DNA of 64,000 bases from Chiloscyllium plagiosum (Eukaryota), in contig NC_057751.1 of assembly GCF_004010195.1 (NCBI RefSeq), positions 1,314,363 through 1,378,362 of the forward strand, written 5' to 3'. Each line of letters begins with the position of its first letter. The first letter of the stretch is position 1. Positions 51,180 through 64,000 of the stretch are shown here, piece after piece. Both the position numbers and the translations under genes were made by a program. The notes under the pieces are model-generated. The model was not told the DNA's origin. It did not search any database and was given only the letters and a program-made list of their open reading frames with translations.

Positions 51180-51745
51180 ACATTGTACAATCCCTGAATG
51201 GGTGAGAGAGAATACTGCGTATAATTCTGGTCACTGTGTTAGAGGAAGGATGTTGTCAAACTTCAGAGGATTCAGAAATGATTTACAAGGATGTTGCCAG
51301 GGTTGGAGGATTTGAGCTACAGGGAGAGGCTGAACAGGCTGGGGCTGTTTTCCCTAGAGCGTCAAAGGCTGAGGGGTGACCTTATAGAGGTTTATAAAAT
51401 CATAAGGGTTATGGATCGGGTAATTAGGCAAAGTCTTTTCCCTGGGGTCAGGGAGTCCAGAACTAGAGGGTACAGGTTAAGGAAAAGAGGGAATAGACTT
51501 AAAAGGGACCTAAGGGTGAACCTTTTCACCCAGAGGGTGGTGTGTGTGTGAAATGAGCTGCCAGAGGAAGTGGTGGAGGCTGGTACAATTACAATATTTA
51601 AGAGGCATTTGGATGGGTATATGAATAGGAAGGGTTTGGAGGGATATGGGCCGGGTGCTGGCAGGTGGGACTAGATTGGGTTGGGATATCTGGTCGGCAT
51701 GGACGGGTTGGGCCGAAGGGTCTGTTGCCGTGCTGTACATCTCTA
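51180..51745 (+). mobile_element. CR1 LINE 3' fragment
   Basis: MLPGLEDLSYRERLNRLGLFSLERQRLRGDLIEVYKI. Confidence 0.92.
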
Positions 51746-53097
51746 TATCACAGAGAGATGGTGAGACCTGCTTTGGAGCTTTTTAATCCACATTCCAAGG
51801 CAGATGAAATGAAGGGAACAGCCTTTTCGGTGATCACAGAATGGTCCTAGTACAGAAGCCTGTTTGCCATGGTTGTTGAAAGAATGCAGCCAGTTTCACT
51901 CCCTGCTTTCTCCCTGGAACCCTGCACCTTCTTCTACTTTGACCAATAATCCAATTCCTCAGTGTCTTCACTGAACCTACATCCAGCATATTGCAGATCC
52001 CAGTCACTCAATGTACAAATAAGATCCTCAGATGTACACTAACTCATCTGGCAGTTTGCTTAAATCCATGACCCCCCTTCATTGTCAATCTTTCCGTCTG
52101 CCACCTGCAGAAGTCTCTCCCTGTTGACTCTGTCCAGAGCCTGCTCCAACGTTGAATACCTCATGTTTCTTTCCAACCTTTTCTCTTCCCTCAATGCCAG
52201 TCAGTGAAGTCACTGATTACTGGAACCATTCTCCAGCATCTTTGCTCTGTTCTCCAACCCTTTCCCAGCATTGCACTATTCCCACTGACAGTGACCAGGA
52301 TTGGATGCATGTTCACATGACCTACTTGGCTTTGAATACTCTGGGATGGTGATTGAAGATACTGTCTGCTCCAGTAACCCAGCTACATCGGACTTTATGA
52401 GTCACCTGTTAAACCATTCCACCAATTCTGGGAGAAAGTGAGGACTGCAGATGCTGGAGATCAGAGTCAAAAAGTGCATTGCTGGAAAAGCACAGCAGGT
52501 CAGGCAGCATCCGAGGAGCAGGAGAATTGATGTTTTGGGCAAAAGCCCTTCATCAGGAATGAGGGCCTGACTGACTGTGCTTTTCCAGCACCACATATTC
52601 CCCCAATTAGTCCATGTCCTTGGTGAATTTCTATGCTGTCCATCTCACTAGTCACAATGTTTCCCAAGTTTGGATTGTGCAAATATTTGAAGTTGTGCCC
52701 TAAACGCTGAAGTTTTGGTAATTACTACATAATCAAGCAAAAATGCAGGTCTCAGGCCAACACAGATACCGAGATCTCCCAAAACACAAACTTCAGTAAC
52801 TCCTGCTGTTTCCTGTCTGTCAGCCAAGGTTTTGGATTCATATTGCTGCTGAACTTGTTCATGTTGCACGAAGTGCACCTTTGCTTCTCGGTTTGTGGTT
52901 CCGATTTGCATCAAAAGCATTTCAGAAATCTGTGTGCTCACATTGCCCTCATCAACACGTTCCGTTATCTCTCCAGAGAACACCAGCAACTCAATGAAAC
53001 ACAACTTCCCTGATCAATGCCTCTGCTAAATGAACCTGCATTTGCACAAATGACTTCAAGTTTTGTGCCAATATATTTTTAGGAGCTTCCTCAACAT

Positions 53098-53413
53098 GGG
53101 CAGCACAGTGGCTCAGAAGTTAGCACTGCTGCCTCATGGCACCAGGGACCCAGGTTCGATTCCACCCTCAGGCGACTGACTGTGTGGAGTTTGCACATTC
53201 TCCCCGAGTCTGTGTGGGTTTCCTCCCACAGTCCAAAGATGTGCAGGTCAGGTGAATTAGGCATGCTAAGTTGCCTGTAGTGTTAGGTGCATTAGGCAAG
53301 GGTGAATATAGGGTCAGGGTGGATAACTCCTCGGAGGGTCAGAGTGGACTTGTTGGGCCGAAGGGCCTGTTTCCATACTGTAGGGAATCTAATCTAATCT
53401 AATCTAATCTAAT
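53098..53413 (+). mobile_element. HE1-type elasmobranch SINE, full length
   Basis: gggcagcacagtggctcagaagttagcactgctgcctca...ggttcgattcc tRNA head, gtgtggagtttgcacattctcccc core, CR1-like tail with (aatct)n. Confidence 0.88.
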
Positions 53414-54034
53414 GAGACCGAAACTGACCGACCTGAACATACTGAGCTTATGTTTGTACACACTTCTGAACAAGGATGTAATCTGTGTAACTTGCCAGCT
53501 CTGCGGCATTACCCCAGGGCAAGGATGTGCAAGTCAGGGTGGATTGGCCATGGGAAACGCAGGGTGACAGGGAGAGTTGGGTCTGGGAGGAGCCTCTGCA
53601 GTTTCCACCGATTCCCCAAGTATTCTGAAATTCATCACATTCAGTCCTTTTGCCATATCACCCTCAGTCTGCACACTAATACCATCTCCTGATCAATTTT
53701 AATAGCTTTCCGTGAGTGAACGGCCTCCTCTCTCACCACAGCCTAGCAGCATGGTCTTCCTTCAGAAAAGTACACAGTTGACACCTCTGCTGTACCCCCA
53801 CCCACAAACCTTTGTGGTTAGCAGTTACTTGACTCCTTTTAGAAGTCTTCTGACTGGTTACTTGTCGATAGCAAACTTCATTGGCGTTCATTGGTACTTT
53901 CCATGCCAGTATCTTTTTCGATTTCTTGAATTTGATTTCTCAGTCCCCGCTCTGAACCTTCTGAATTCAGCCGGATTCTCACATGTTTGACCCACCTGAC
54001 ATCATGAGCAAACTGCTTACCTCTTGATGCTCAT

Positions 54035-54981
54035 TTCGGGATGTACTGGAAAAGCACAGTAGTTCAGGCAGCATCCGAGGAGCAGGAAAATTGACGTTTC
54101 GGGCAAAGCCCTTCATCAGGAATAGAGGCAGAGTGCCTGCAGGGTGGAGAGAAATGAGAGGAGGGTGGGAAGAAAGTAGCATAGAGTACAATAGGTGAAT
54201 GGGGATGGGGATAGAGGTGATAGGTCAGAGAGGAGGGTGGAGTGGATGGGGGAAAGGAAGATAGGCAGGTAGGATAGGTCATGAGGACAGTGCTGAGCTG
54301 GAAGTTTGGACCTGCGGTGAGGTGGGGGAAGGGGAAATGAGGAAACTGTTGAAGTCCACATTGATGCCCTGGGGTTGAAGTGTTCCAAGGCAGAAGATGA
54401 GGCGTTCTTCCTCCAGGCGTCTGGTGGTGAGGGAGCAGCGGTGGAGGAGGCCCAGGACCTCCATGTCCTCGGCAGAGTGGGAGGGGGAGTTGAAATGTTG
54501 AGCCACGGGGCGATTTGGTTGATTGGTGCGGGTGTCCCAGAGATATTCCCTAAAGCGCTCTGCTAGGAGGTGCCCAGTCTCCCCAATGTAGAGGAGAACG
54601 CATCGGGAGCAACGGATACAATAAATGATATTAGTGGATGTGCAGGTAAAACTTTGATGGATGTGGAAGGCTCCTTTGGGGGGGGAGCAACCTTCCAGCT
54701 CAGCACTGTCCCCATGACCTGTCCTACCTGCCAATCTTCCTTTCCACCTATCACCTTCATCCCCTCCCCCACTCACCTATTGTACTCTTTGCTACTTTCT
54801 CCCCACCCCCACCCCCTCTCATTTATCTCTCCACCCTGCAGGCTCTCTGCCTCTATTCCTGATGAAGGGCTTTTGCCCGAAACATCAATTTTCCTGCTCC
54901 TCAGATGCTGCCTGAATTGCTGTGTTTTTCCAGCACCACTCGAATCCAGAATCTGGTTTCCAGCATCTGCAGTCATTGTTT
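54035..54981 (-). mobile_element. Penelope-like element: GIY-YIG endonuclease fragment flanked by inverted pseudo-LTR copies
   Basis: FTCTSTNIIYCIRCSRCVLLYIGETGHLLAERFREY...PVAQHFNSPSH (GIY-YIG). About 54043-54310 is inverted relative to about 54690-54940. Flanking ttacctcttgat(g/t)ctcat at 54017-54034 and 54982-54999 is TSD-like. Confidence 0.9.
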
Positions 54982-57384
54982 TTACCTCTTGATTCTCATC
55001 TCTATCTCTTCCAGAGATAGAGGATGTCAGCTCGAGGTAGGCTGAAGCAGAGAGTGAGAGAGGAGTCAGTCAGAAATGGAGAATCCGGAGCTCACACAGC
55101 TCCTGACTGTGAAACCACCTTCTGCCTCCTTGAACCCAGCAACTGGGACTCCCCTTAGCCCAGAATTAAGACACACAGAAAAAGCATCACCCAAGATTGC
55201 GGGAGAGTGGAAACAGAGCAAGAGAGAAACAGGCTCAGATGTAACCAACCATGACTTGGTGGGCTGATGTTCACTCTCTCTCATTTACCAAGTGCATTAC
55301 ACTATCAGACTGACAGGTATTTAAATTATCCTTGTCACTCAACCGATTATAATGCAGCACTGTTCCAACAGGATCTCCTCACCCAATGTGTGCCCCACTG
55401 AATGAAGAGAAACATACCTTTCACTCTGTTCAGACAAGTGGGTCACAGTGACTCATTTGCACCCAACAATGCCCATTTATTTTAACGCAGAGTAAAATGC
55501 CCCAAGACCCTTCCCAGCAACATTATGAAACAAACTGTGACAGGGAGCAACATTTGGAGATACAATAAATGAGAAAAAAGCCTGGCCCAGGACGAGGATG
55601 GAAGGAGAATGCATGCAAGACCACCAGCTTTTGATTTTCCTTTATTCTGGATTGTGGTCCAAAATAGGGAAAGGATACTGTTGTAGACCAAGTCCTGCTA
55701 CCCTTGAGTTGTGTTGACAATGTTGTGTAAGGAATGGGGCAGAATGTCTATGAGACCACTGCACTGTGGCTGTGTGCGAGTAGACCAAGCTGCTGATTGG
55801 TTCATTCAATCAGGACAAATGATGGGGGCCAACCATCTGTCGGTGGATGACAAGTCTCTGATTGGTCACTGGGCAGATGGACAGAGTGTGGGTGGGTGTG
55901 AGAACAATGTAGAGGCAGTAAGACGCCAGACTGCCAGGGACCACAGCATCTCTCTTCCTGTCTCAGTGCAGACAAGTAACCAAGTAACTGAGAAGTTGCT
56001 AATCTCTCCTACCATCTCTCAAACAACCAAAGGACTGACTGATTAATGTGACAACAGCCTTGTGTCTTCAGCAAACAAAACTGAAAGAATGTGGAAGGGG
56101 ATTGGAGATCAGAAAGACTTGGAAGAATCCATTGAATGCTATGGATTGGTGCTATTGAACTGTGCCTCCCCAGTATGTTTCCTGTCCACGCATAGAGAGA
56201 GAGAGTTAGAGACAGAGTAAGAAAGAGATGTGTGTACCTGTGTGTGAATGTTTGGGGGCTGAGTAACTGGATACAACTTGATCTCGTTGAAACACGAAGG
56301 GGCTTAACAGAGTAAATGTGAGGAGGACACTTTCCCTCCTGGGAGAGTTGAGGACGAGAGGGCACAGTCTCAGAATAAAGGGGCCTGAGACTGAGGAAGA
56401 ATTTCTTCTCTCTGAGGATTGAGTGTCTTTGGAAGTCCTTACTACAGAGAGCTGTGGCGACAGTCCATGTGTTTATTTACAATTGAGAGAGACAGAGTCT
56501 TGGTTAGTCAAGGCCCATCAAGAGTCACAGGAACGGACAGCAAACACGAGGAATGTTGGGTCACCTTCAATCCTGTAGAATGGTGGAGCAGGTTGGAGGG
56601 GCTGAATGGCCTACTCCTGTTCCCATTCTAATGTGTTAAACGAACAAATGTGTAAGTTATCAAAGACAGAAACCTGGTCAGTGTTTTCTGTTAACACGTG
56701 TTCATCAGGCAACAAGGTAGAAATTGGATTGAATCATTAATACTTGTGCTAATCCTGGGTGTCATGAAGCTGGGAGACAGCATGAGACAGGAGACATTTA
56801 GGGCAAGAATTTGAAATGTATGTCAATTTAACATAATCAAAAACATCTTCAAAGGAATGAAATGGTCAGAGAATGACGTCTGTGCCGATACAGCATTTCT
56901 GAAGTACAGTTACTGCAGGAAAAATGCAGAGAGCAGGATTTCCTGATGATGGGCTTTAACCAGAAACATCGATTTCACTGCTCCTTGGATGCTGCATGAC
57001 CTGCTGTGCTCTTCCAGCACCACTAATCCAGAATCCCCACCATCAACACTGCCATCAGGAGCAGCTGACATTTTCTTGAAAACTGATATGGATTTGGAGG
57101 ATAGATATTTGCCAGGGCACTATGTGGATCTTCACAAGCCCTCTGGGAAATAGTGCTATGGGATCTTCGGACATTCCTGAGAGTGACCCTCGGTTCACCC
57201 AGTCCTGACCCGGAAGGTTACCTCGGATTTCTCTCCACGGATGTTGCATGCAATTTCTGTTTTTATTCCCCCAGTTTACTGTCACACCTGAGGCCAACAC
57301 CATGGGACAGGAGCACCAGTTTCGGGGGAGGGGGGTGGACGGGGGGGGGTTCGGGGACTGAAAGCATTGGGTGTGGGATTGAAA

Positions 57385-58410
57385 ACAATTGAAACCATCG
57401 CTGCTCCTTCACCACCTGACGCCTGGAGGAAGAACGCCTCATCTTCTCCCTCAGAACCCTTCAACCCCAGGGCATCAATGTGGACTTCACCAGTTTCCTC
57501 ATTTCTTGTCCCACCTGACCCCAGTTCCAAACTCCCAGCTCTGTACCGTCATCATGACCTGTAACCACCTGTCAATCTTCCTTCCCACCTATCTGCTCCA
57601 CCTTCCTTTCTGAACTATCACCTTTACCCTGCCTCCATCCACCTATTACCTTCCCTCTAGCTCCACCCCCCTCCCATTTATCTCTCCACCTCAGAGGCTC
57701 CCAGCCTCATTCCTGATGAAGCGCTCCTGCCTGAAACGTCGATTTTCCTGCTCCTCGGGTGCTGCCTGATCTGCTGTGCTTTTCCAGCACCACAGTCGCG
57801 ACTCTGACCTCCATCATCTGCAGTCCTCACTGTCTCCCGGTGGGATTGAACACCCAAACTGCTGGCTCCTAGCAAAACAGGCAGAGCCATGGCTGGCACT
57901 GTAATGAAAAGGGACAATTCACCATGGACATGCAAGACCATGGCACAAAACGTGGCCCCAGATGACAGGATCACTTGATCCAGATAGTCAACAAGTTGAA
58001 ACTTTATTGCTGGAACAGCACAGCAGGTCAGGCAGCATCCAGGGAACAGGAGATTCGACGTTTCGGGCACAGGCCCAGATAGTCAACAATCCAAACAAAC
58101 TGAATACAATGAGATTCTCTCTGTGATGGACCTGAACTAAATCTACACAGCCCTGAGATTCAATCCAACAGTGGAGAGCAGAGGTTTCGCTCCACATGAG
58201 TGGAGAGACCCCGGGGAACAGTGACAACCAGGAGACAGTGAGGACTGCAGATGCTGGAAATCAGAGTTGAGAGTGTGGTGCTGGAAAAGCACACAGCAGG
58301 TCAGGCAGCATCCGAGGAGCAGGAGAATTAATGTTTCAGGCATTCACGATGCTCCTTGGATACTGCCTGACGTGCTGTGCTTTTCCAGCACCACACCTTG
58401 TGACTCTAAC
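57385..58410. mobile_element. Cluster of Penelope-derived fragments
   Basis: ORF 3' end plus terminal repeat at 57385-57835; ~80-bp insert flanked by the 15-bp duplication ccagatagtcaacaa (57980-57994, 58075-58089); inverted pair at about 58232-58408. Confidence 0.8.
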
Positions 58411-59226
58411 AGTAACATCCTGCATTGATATGACAGAGACCTGACTGGGTCAGACAGCATCCATGGAGAGGAAGCAAGCTAAAGTTTCACGACCCAGTGA
58501 CTCTTCACCAGAGCAGCATTTCTGGTTTTCAGTGCAGGAACGTGCTCCTGCATTGATGTGGTGCCTTCGATGCTGGAAACCAATACCAATGCATTTCACA
58601 GGGGCTGGTCAGACCACGTTGATCAGTGACCCAGATCGCGAGCTATCAGGCAGCTGGTCACATACAGGGGTTTGAAAGGGACAGAGAGAGAGAGGCAGAG
58701 CGAAACTGAGGGAAGAGATTTCGGAGGCAGTGTCCCAGGCAAGTGAGTGGTGGAGCTATTAAGATCAAGGATGTTCACTGGGCGGGGGAACGCACTGAGG
58801 TCTCAATTTCTGTGATGGGAACAGGATGATGAGCAGACCGTGTCCTGGAGGTTTGAGATAGTTGCTGCATTTACACGGCAGTTCAGTCAGCATTCAGAAT
58901 ATAATCGCGCGTCTGAGCCAGCTGACATACACTTGGGATTGTGGCGAGGGAGCTCCCCTGATACAGAGCCTACACCAGACCTACCACATTGATCTGAAAG
59001 GAAGCCTGTCTATCTCACTCTCGTCAGAAAGCAGGGCACTTTGAACCACATCCTGTCCTCTCCCACACTGGGGCTAGGTTTGCTGCTCCATGGACCAAGC
59101 TGAGGAAGAGCAAGGAGAAGCAAGAGGAGATCTGGAACCTGGGCGAGGAGGGGGGTTAACTACACCCTCCTGAGCATCAACATCCTCCCCTCCCCCACCC
59201 TCCTCAGCTGGAATGTGTGAGCGGGT

Positions 59227-59432
59227 GGGGACGTTGAGGTGGAGGGGATGAGGTGGGGATGGGGACGTTGAGGTGGAGGTGGAGGGGGATGGGGACGTTG
59301 AGGTGGAGGTGGAGGGGGATGGGGACGTTGAGGTGGAGGTGGAGGGGGATGGGGACGTTGAGGTGGAGGTGGAGGGGGATGGGGACGTTGAGGTGGAGGT
59401 GGAGGGGGATGGGGACGTTGAGGTGGAGGGGG
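59227..59432. repeat. G-rich 30-bp minisatellite (ggggacgttgaggtggaggtggagggggat), about 6 copies
   Basis: Read directly; explains the repetitive ORFs 59253-59435 and 59273-59467. Confidence 0.95.
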
Positions 59433-59519
59433 TGAGGTCGGTGAGGGTGTTGAGGTGGTCAGTATAACGTTGTCAGTCAGTAATGAAGATGTCTCAGGGC
59501 AGTGTCTGAACCATCAGGA

Positions 59520-59836
59520 GGATGGTTGGAGACCATTTCAATTCCCCTTGCCACTCCCTCTCTGACAATGACCAACCTTGACCTCCATTGCCACAGAGAA
59601 TGACACTGCAAATTGTAGGAACAGCACTTCATCTTCCACCTGGGCAGCCTACAGCCTGGAGGACTCAGCACTGAGTTCTCCAATTTCTACCTGTGTTTTG
59701 TAGACAGGTTTAATAGATGGCATCATGTCCACACACCCATCCCCAGTCCTGAAGAAGGGTTTCCCCCGAAACGTTGACTTCTCCACCTCCTGATGCTGCC
59801 TGGCTTGCTGTATTCCTCCAGCCTGTCTACTTTGGG
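59520..59836 (+). mobile_element. Penelope-like fragment with hammerhead-like motif at 59745-59779
   Basis: gaacagcacttcatcttccacctgggcagcctacagcct (EQHFIFHLGSLQP); agtc-CTGAAGA-a-GGG-tttcc-CCC-GAAA-CGTT-gact. Confidence 0.7.
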
Positions 59837-60223
59837 GTGTTTTGTAGACAGGTTTAATAGATGGCATCATGTCACGGTGGCCACTGAACGCTGAGCTGTG
59901 CTGTGTGGAGGAACATACTCCGATATGTCAAGGGACCCAGTGCTCAGACAGCAATACCTGACCAACAGGAAGCATTGGCTGCAGACACCTTTGTGGTAGG
60001 CAGCTCTGGCTGCTGATGTTTGGAACAGTCTGGTACACATTAGCAAACCCAATGGCTCACTGCCCCTCTGAGTCACCTCTCTAGCAACTCAATGTCACTC
60101 TACTCCATGGCCTCAGAATTCAAAATATTCCCTTTCAAATAGGCTCTTTGTTCTGCTTCAACATCACCTCATCCTTCAGATCAATACCCTCGGGTTACCA
60201 ACTTACCCACCAATACAAACAGT

Positions 60224-60470
60224 TATAGTGTCAGAGAGACGTACAGCACAGAAACAGACCCTTCACTCCAACCCATCCATGCCGACCAGATATCCCAACC
60301 TAACCTAGTCCCATTTGCCAGCACTTGGCCCATATCTCTCCAAACCCTTCCTATATATACACACATCCAGATGCCTTTTAAATGTTGTGATTGCACCAGC
60401 CTCCACCACTCCCTCTGGCAGCTCATTCCACACACGTACCACCCTCTGGGTGAAAAAGTTGCCCTTTAGC
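60224..60470 (-). mobile_element. CR1 LINE 3' fragment
   Basis: Same 3' end as the 17146 and 34148 elements. Confidence 0.9.
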
Positions 60471-62671
60471 TCCCTGTGTTTGGGATTTACATTGTAGGGA
60501 GAGCTAAGCCGAGTGAAGTTTATTTTGCAGAAGCTCTGAAGATGGGAATGCTTTCCCAGCCGCCTGGTCCCATGTTATCTACAACTTCCCACGTCTTTGT
60601 TGCACCCTGGTACCACTCAGTTATAAAGTCTCCTTGCGGGAATGGGCCTAACGACATATTGGCAAACTGAGTGAAAGCTCACTCTGCGAACAAAGGAGGT
60701 TATTCAGCAAAGGCAACATTTACCCTGCCTTCCTTCAGAAAGAAACAATTTGCTTTTAATCTCTGGAAATCCAATTTAATAGCTCGTGACACCTTCACTT
60801 AATCAAGGCAAAGAAAGAATAGCAGTCTTCAAACACTTGGGCAAACGGCATGTCACACCTTGTCAGGGTCAAATGAAGAGTAGGGAGCATGAAAGGAAAC
60901 CCACTGTGCTGGCACAATGGGCATTAAGGTGCTCCTCATTCAGTCACAGTCTGATTGAGTTCAGAGGTGTTACCTTTCCCACAGGTATGTGGCAAGGACC
61001 CCATGCTGGTGCCTGGACATTCACAGTAAACACAGCATTTTTAATTAACCCACCGATTGTTCGTGAAATGATTACAACCTTCACAGCCACTTTCCCCACC
61101 CACTCCCTTTCTGACCGGCACCCTCACACGGAGATTGCCAGGCCTTTGATGTGGGGGGGGGGGGGGAAAAACACAAAAAAGCCCTTGGATTCTGCAGCTC
61201 ACAATGTATCTAGGTAGTGGTGGGTTTCAATCACAGGGGATTACGGGACAGGACTAAGAACTTTAACCATTTGCTAACTGGGAGCTTTGAAGAAATCTTT
61301 CTGGCCTTGAAAAGGGCCGACTCAGAGGAGACATTTGGAGAACAGAAAGAACCACAAAGGAAAGGAAATGCAGAAAATTACTTGCAATTAAGTTGTATAA
61401 CCAATGGGGGGGGGATGGGGAAAACGCAGGTCCCAGCAATACAAGATACGTTTCTGACCAGGTGAAACACATTCCTCACACAAGCTGGTCAGTTTTGACT
61501 GCATGTCATAGTGTGCTCATCGTCAGTGTTACATCTATCCCCAATTTTATCCACACTGAATGAAGGGGACGTTGCCTCTTCTTAAAAACCAAATCACTTT
61601 TCCAAGTTGAACTATGTCACACATGATGTGGAGGTGCCGGTGTTGGACAGGGGTTAATATTAAAAAAACCACACGACACTGGGTTATATTCCAACAGGTT
61701 TATTTGAAAGCACAAACCTTCAAAGCGCAGCTCCTTCATCAGGCTGCGAGTGTCTGAGAAAGAAACAGGGACTTGGAAAGTTTGCAATTTCAAATAAACC
61801 TGTTGGACTAACCCGGGGTTGTGTGATTTTTGACAATGTCACACAGACGTGACCTACCCCAAAGATGCTTCGTATCAGGAATATAACCTCAACATCAAGC
61901 TGTCAATGCAGCGAAACATCCAAAGGTGCATCACAGGAACCAAACTAACACCACAAAAATCTGAGAGTAGATGGCTCAAAGTTTGTTCAGAGAGTTAGGA
62001 TTGAAGAGGCCATTTCAAACAGGCAAAAGGAGATAGAGGCCAACAAGTTCAGGAAAGAATTTGAGAGCTGAGGGAAACAGGAAAGGGGTGCAACCTTCAT
62101 ATTAGTAAATAAATAAATCATCTTAATAAATGTGATGCCGTAACTCAAAGTCCGTCCAATAATAATGACAAGCAATACAGAGAAACATGAATGGAGGTCT
62201 ATGCCACACCATTCATCAACCAACAGGTATTCATGTCAATGAAAGATTATCAGCAACAGAATAAACGTCTTTTTCTGAAAAAAAATGGAGGCTTTCTCAC
62301 AAAGACCAGGCGAACAAAAGTTCAAACTTACCCAAGGAGGAAAAGCAGCCCACAAAATGCAGGGAAAGGAGAAATAGAAAGCCAGGCTTAAGGCCTTGTA
62401 ACAGCCAATACTGAACCAAGGAGGGAGAGGGTGTGTCTGTGTCTGTGTGAGAGAGAGAGTGTGTCATTAAAGCAACCTGTGAGCTGATTGGCTTTTGATG
62501 GTTGTAGCCATGTTTTCCCAGCTCCAAAGGTCAGGAGTTAGTTGAAGCAGAGGGGAAATGAAAATAATTCATTTTAAATACTAAGGGCTGAGGAAAACAT
62601 TTAAAATGAATAGGTAATGTCACTTGACTAGTCATCCAGAGATCCAGGTGAATGAGCTGGGCACACAGAGC

Positions 62672-63425
62672 CATAGAGTTGTACATCACAGAAACAGACC
62701 CTTTGGTCCATGCTGATCAGATATCTTAAATAAATCTAGTCCCATTTGTCAGCATTTGATCCATATCCCTCTAAACCCTTCCTATTCATACACCCATCCA
62801 GATGACTTTCAAATTTTGTAATTGTACCAGCCTCCACCACTTCCTCTGGCAGCTCATTCCACACATGTACCACCCTCTGCGTGAAAAAGTTGCCCTTTAG
62901 GTCCCTTTTATATCTTAGCTGAAAATGTGTTGCTGGAAAAGCGCAGCAGGTCAGGCAGCATCCAGGGAACAGGAGAATCAACGTTTCGGGCATAAGCCCT
63001 TCTTCAGGAATGAGGGATTCCTGAAGAAGGGCTTATGCCCAAAACGTCGATTCTCCTGTTCCCCCTGGATGCTGCCTGACCTGCTGCGCTTTTCCAGCAA
63101 CACATTTTCAGCTCTGATCTCCAGCATCTGCAGACCTCACTTTCTCCCTTTTATATCTTACCCCTCTCATCCTAAAGCTATGCTGTCCAGTTTTGAACCT
63201 CTCTATCATGGGAAAAAGACCTTGTCTATTTACCCTATCCATGTCTCTGACGTTCCAGGGAAAACAACTCCAGCCTCTTCAGCCTCTCCCTATAGCTCAA
63301 ACCCTCCAACCCTGGCAACATCCTTGTAAATCTTTTCTGAACCCTTTCAAGATTCACAACAACCTTCCTACAGGAGGAAAAACAGAATTGAATACAGTAT
63401 TCCAAGTGTGGCCTGACCAATGTCC
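62672..63425 (-). mobile_element. CR1 3' fragment interrupted by an inverted family A pair (62918-63144)
   Basis: LVRPHLEYC...GNFFTQRVVHVWNELP; insert flanked by the 16-bp TSD tcccttttatatctta (62902-62917, 63145-63160). Confidence 0.9.
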
Positions 63426-63429
63426 TGCA

Positions 63430-64000
63430 TAGATCAGAGTGGTGCTGGAAAAAGTACAGCAGGTCAGGCAGCATCCAAAGAGCAGGAAAATCGGGCAAAA
63501 GCCCTTCATCAGGACTGGAGGCAGGGTGCCTGCAGAGTGGAGAGATAAATGGGGGGATGGGGCTGAGGAGAAGGTAGCAAAGATTACAATAGGTGAATGG
63601 GGGTGGGGATGGAGGTGATAGATCAGAGGGGAGGGTGGAGCAGATAGGTGGGAAGGAAGATTGGCAGGGTAGGACAGGTCATGAGGACAGTGCTGAGCTG
63701 GAAGGTTGGAACTGGGGTAAGGTGGGGGAGGGGAAATGAGGATATGTTTCCCTCCCCATTCCTATCCACTTTCTACAAAGACCATTCCCTCCGTGACTAC
63801 CTGGTCAGGTCCACGCCCCCCAACAACCCACCCTCCCTTCCTGGCACCTTCCCCTCCCACCGCAGGAATTGCAAAGCCTGCGCCCACCTCCTCCCTCACC
63901 TCCATCCAGGGCCCTAAAGGGGAAGGGTACTGTTGGGGACATTGGGGGAGGAAGAAACGGAGGGCTTGGAGGCCCTGGTCATGGCGGATGGAGGTGTAGA
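63430..64000. mobile_element. Penelope-like element fragments in both orientations
   Basis: Minus terminal repeat at 63430-63740; plus KDHSLRDYLVRST...GTFPSHRRNCKAC (linker before GIY-YIG). Confidence 0.8.

Noticed and set aside
53098..53170. tRNA gene (also 9040-9108)
   Set aside because: tRNA-derived SINE heads continuous with SINE bodies; no full cloverleaf.
54988..55043. Minus-strand mini-exon candidate (YLELTSSISGRDRDENQE)
   Set aside because: The donor lies in the Penelope target duplication, there is no homology, and no partner exons were identified.
59253..59467. Repetitive ORFs (GMGTLRWRWR)n and (EVEGDGDVEV)n
   Set aside because: Translations of a 30-bp minisatellite.
1..64000. 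CRISPR array, rRNA or prokaryotic operon
   Set aside because: Spliced vertebrate genes and retroelements throughout; no repeat-spacer array or rRNA-like sequence seen.

Overview
Vertebrate genomic DNA, very likely a shark or other elasmobranch (HE1-type tRNA-derived SINEs, dense CR1 LINEs, Penelope-like element fragments). It is mostly repeat-derived and has two 500-N scaffold gaps (12327-12826, 35089-35588) and two small gaps. Two genes are supportable. (1) Three in-frame, correctly spliced + strand exons (939-1147, 9672-9799, 10882-11005) of an adhesion GPCR of the ADGRA group, best matching ADGRA2/GPR124 (GPS, TM1, TM2). No intact downstream exons are visible. (2) A single-exon 116-aa ORF at 18025-18375 with prion-protein-family (Shadoo/Shadoo-2-like) architecture: signal peptide, Lys-rich segment with KPG, Ala/Gly hydrophobic tract with a GxxxGxxxG zipper, His5 run, NGT sequon and GPI signal, with no globular domain. 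This is the most interesting feature. Many short Penelope-derived repeats carry minimal hammerhead-ribozyme cores of two families, often as inverted pairs or as tiny TSD-flanked insertions. There is also a 1.4-kb tandem duplication with uneven divergence and a weakly supported - strand gene end. All homology calls are from recall of the families; no searches were run.
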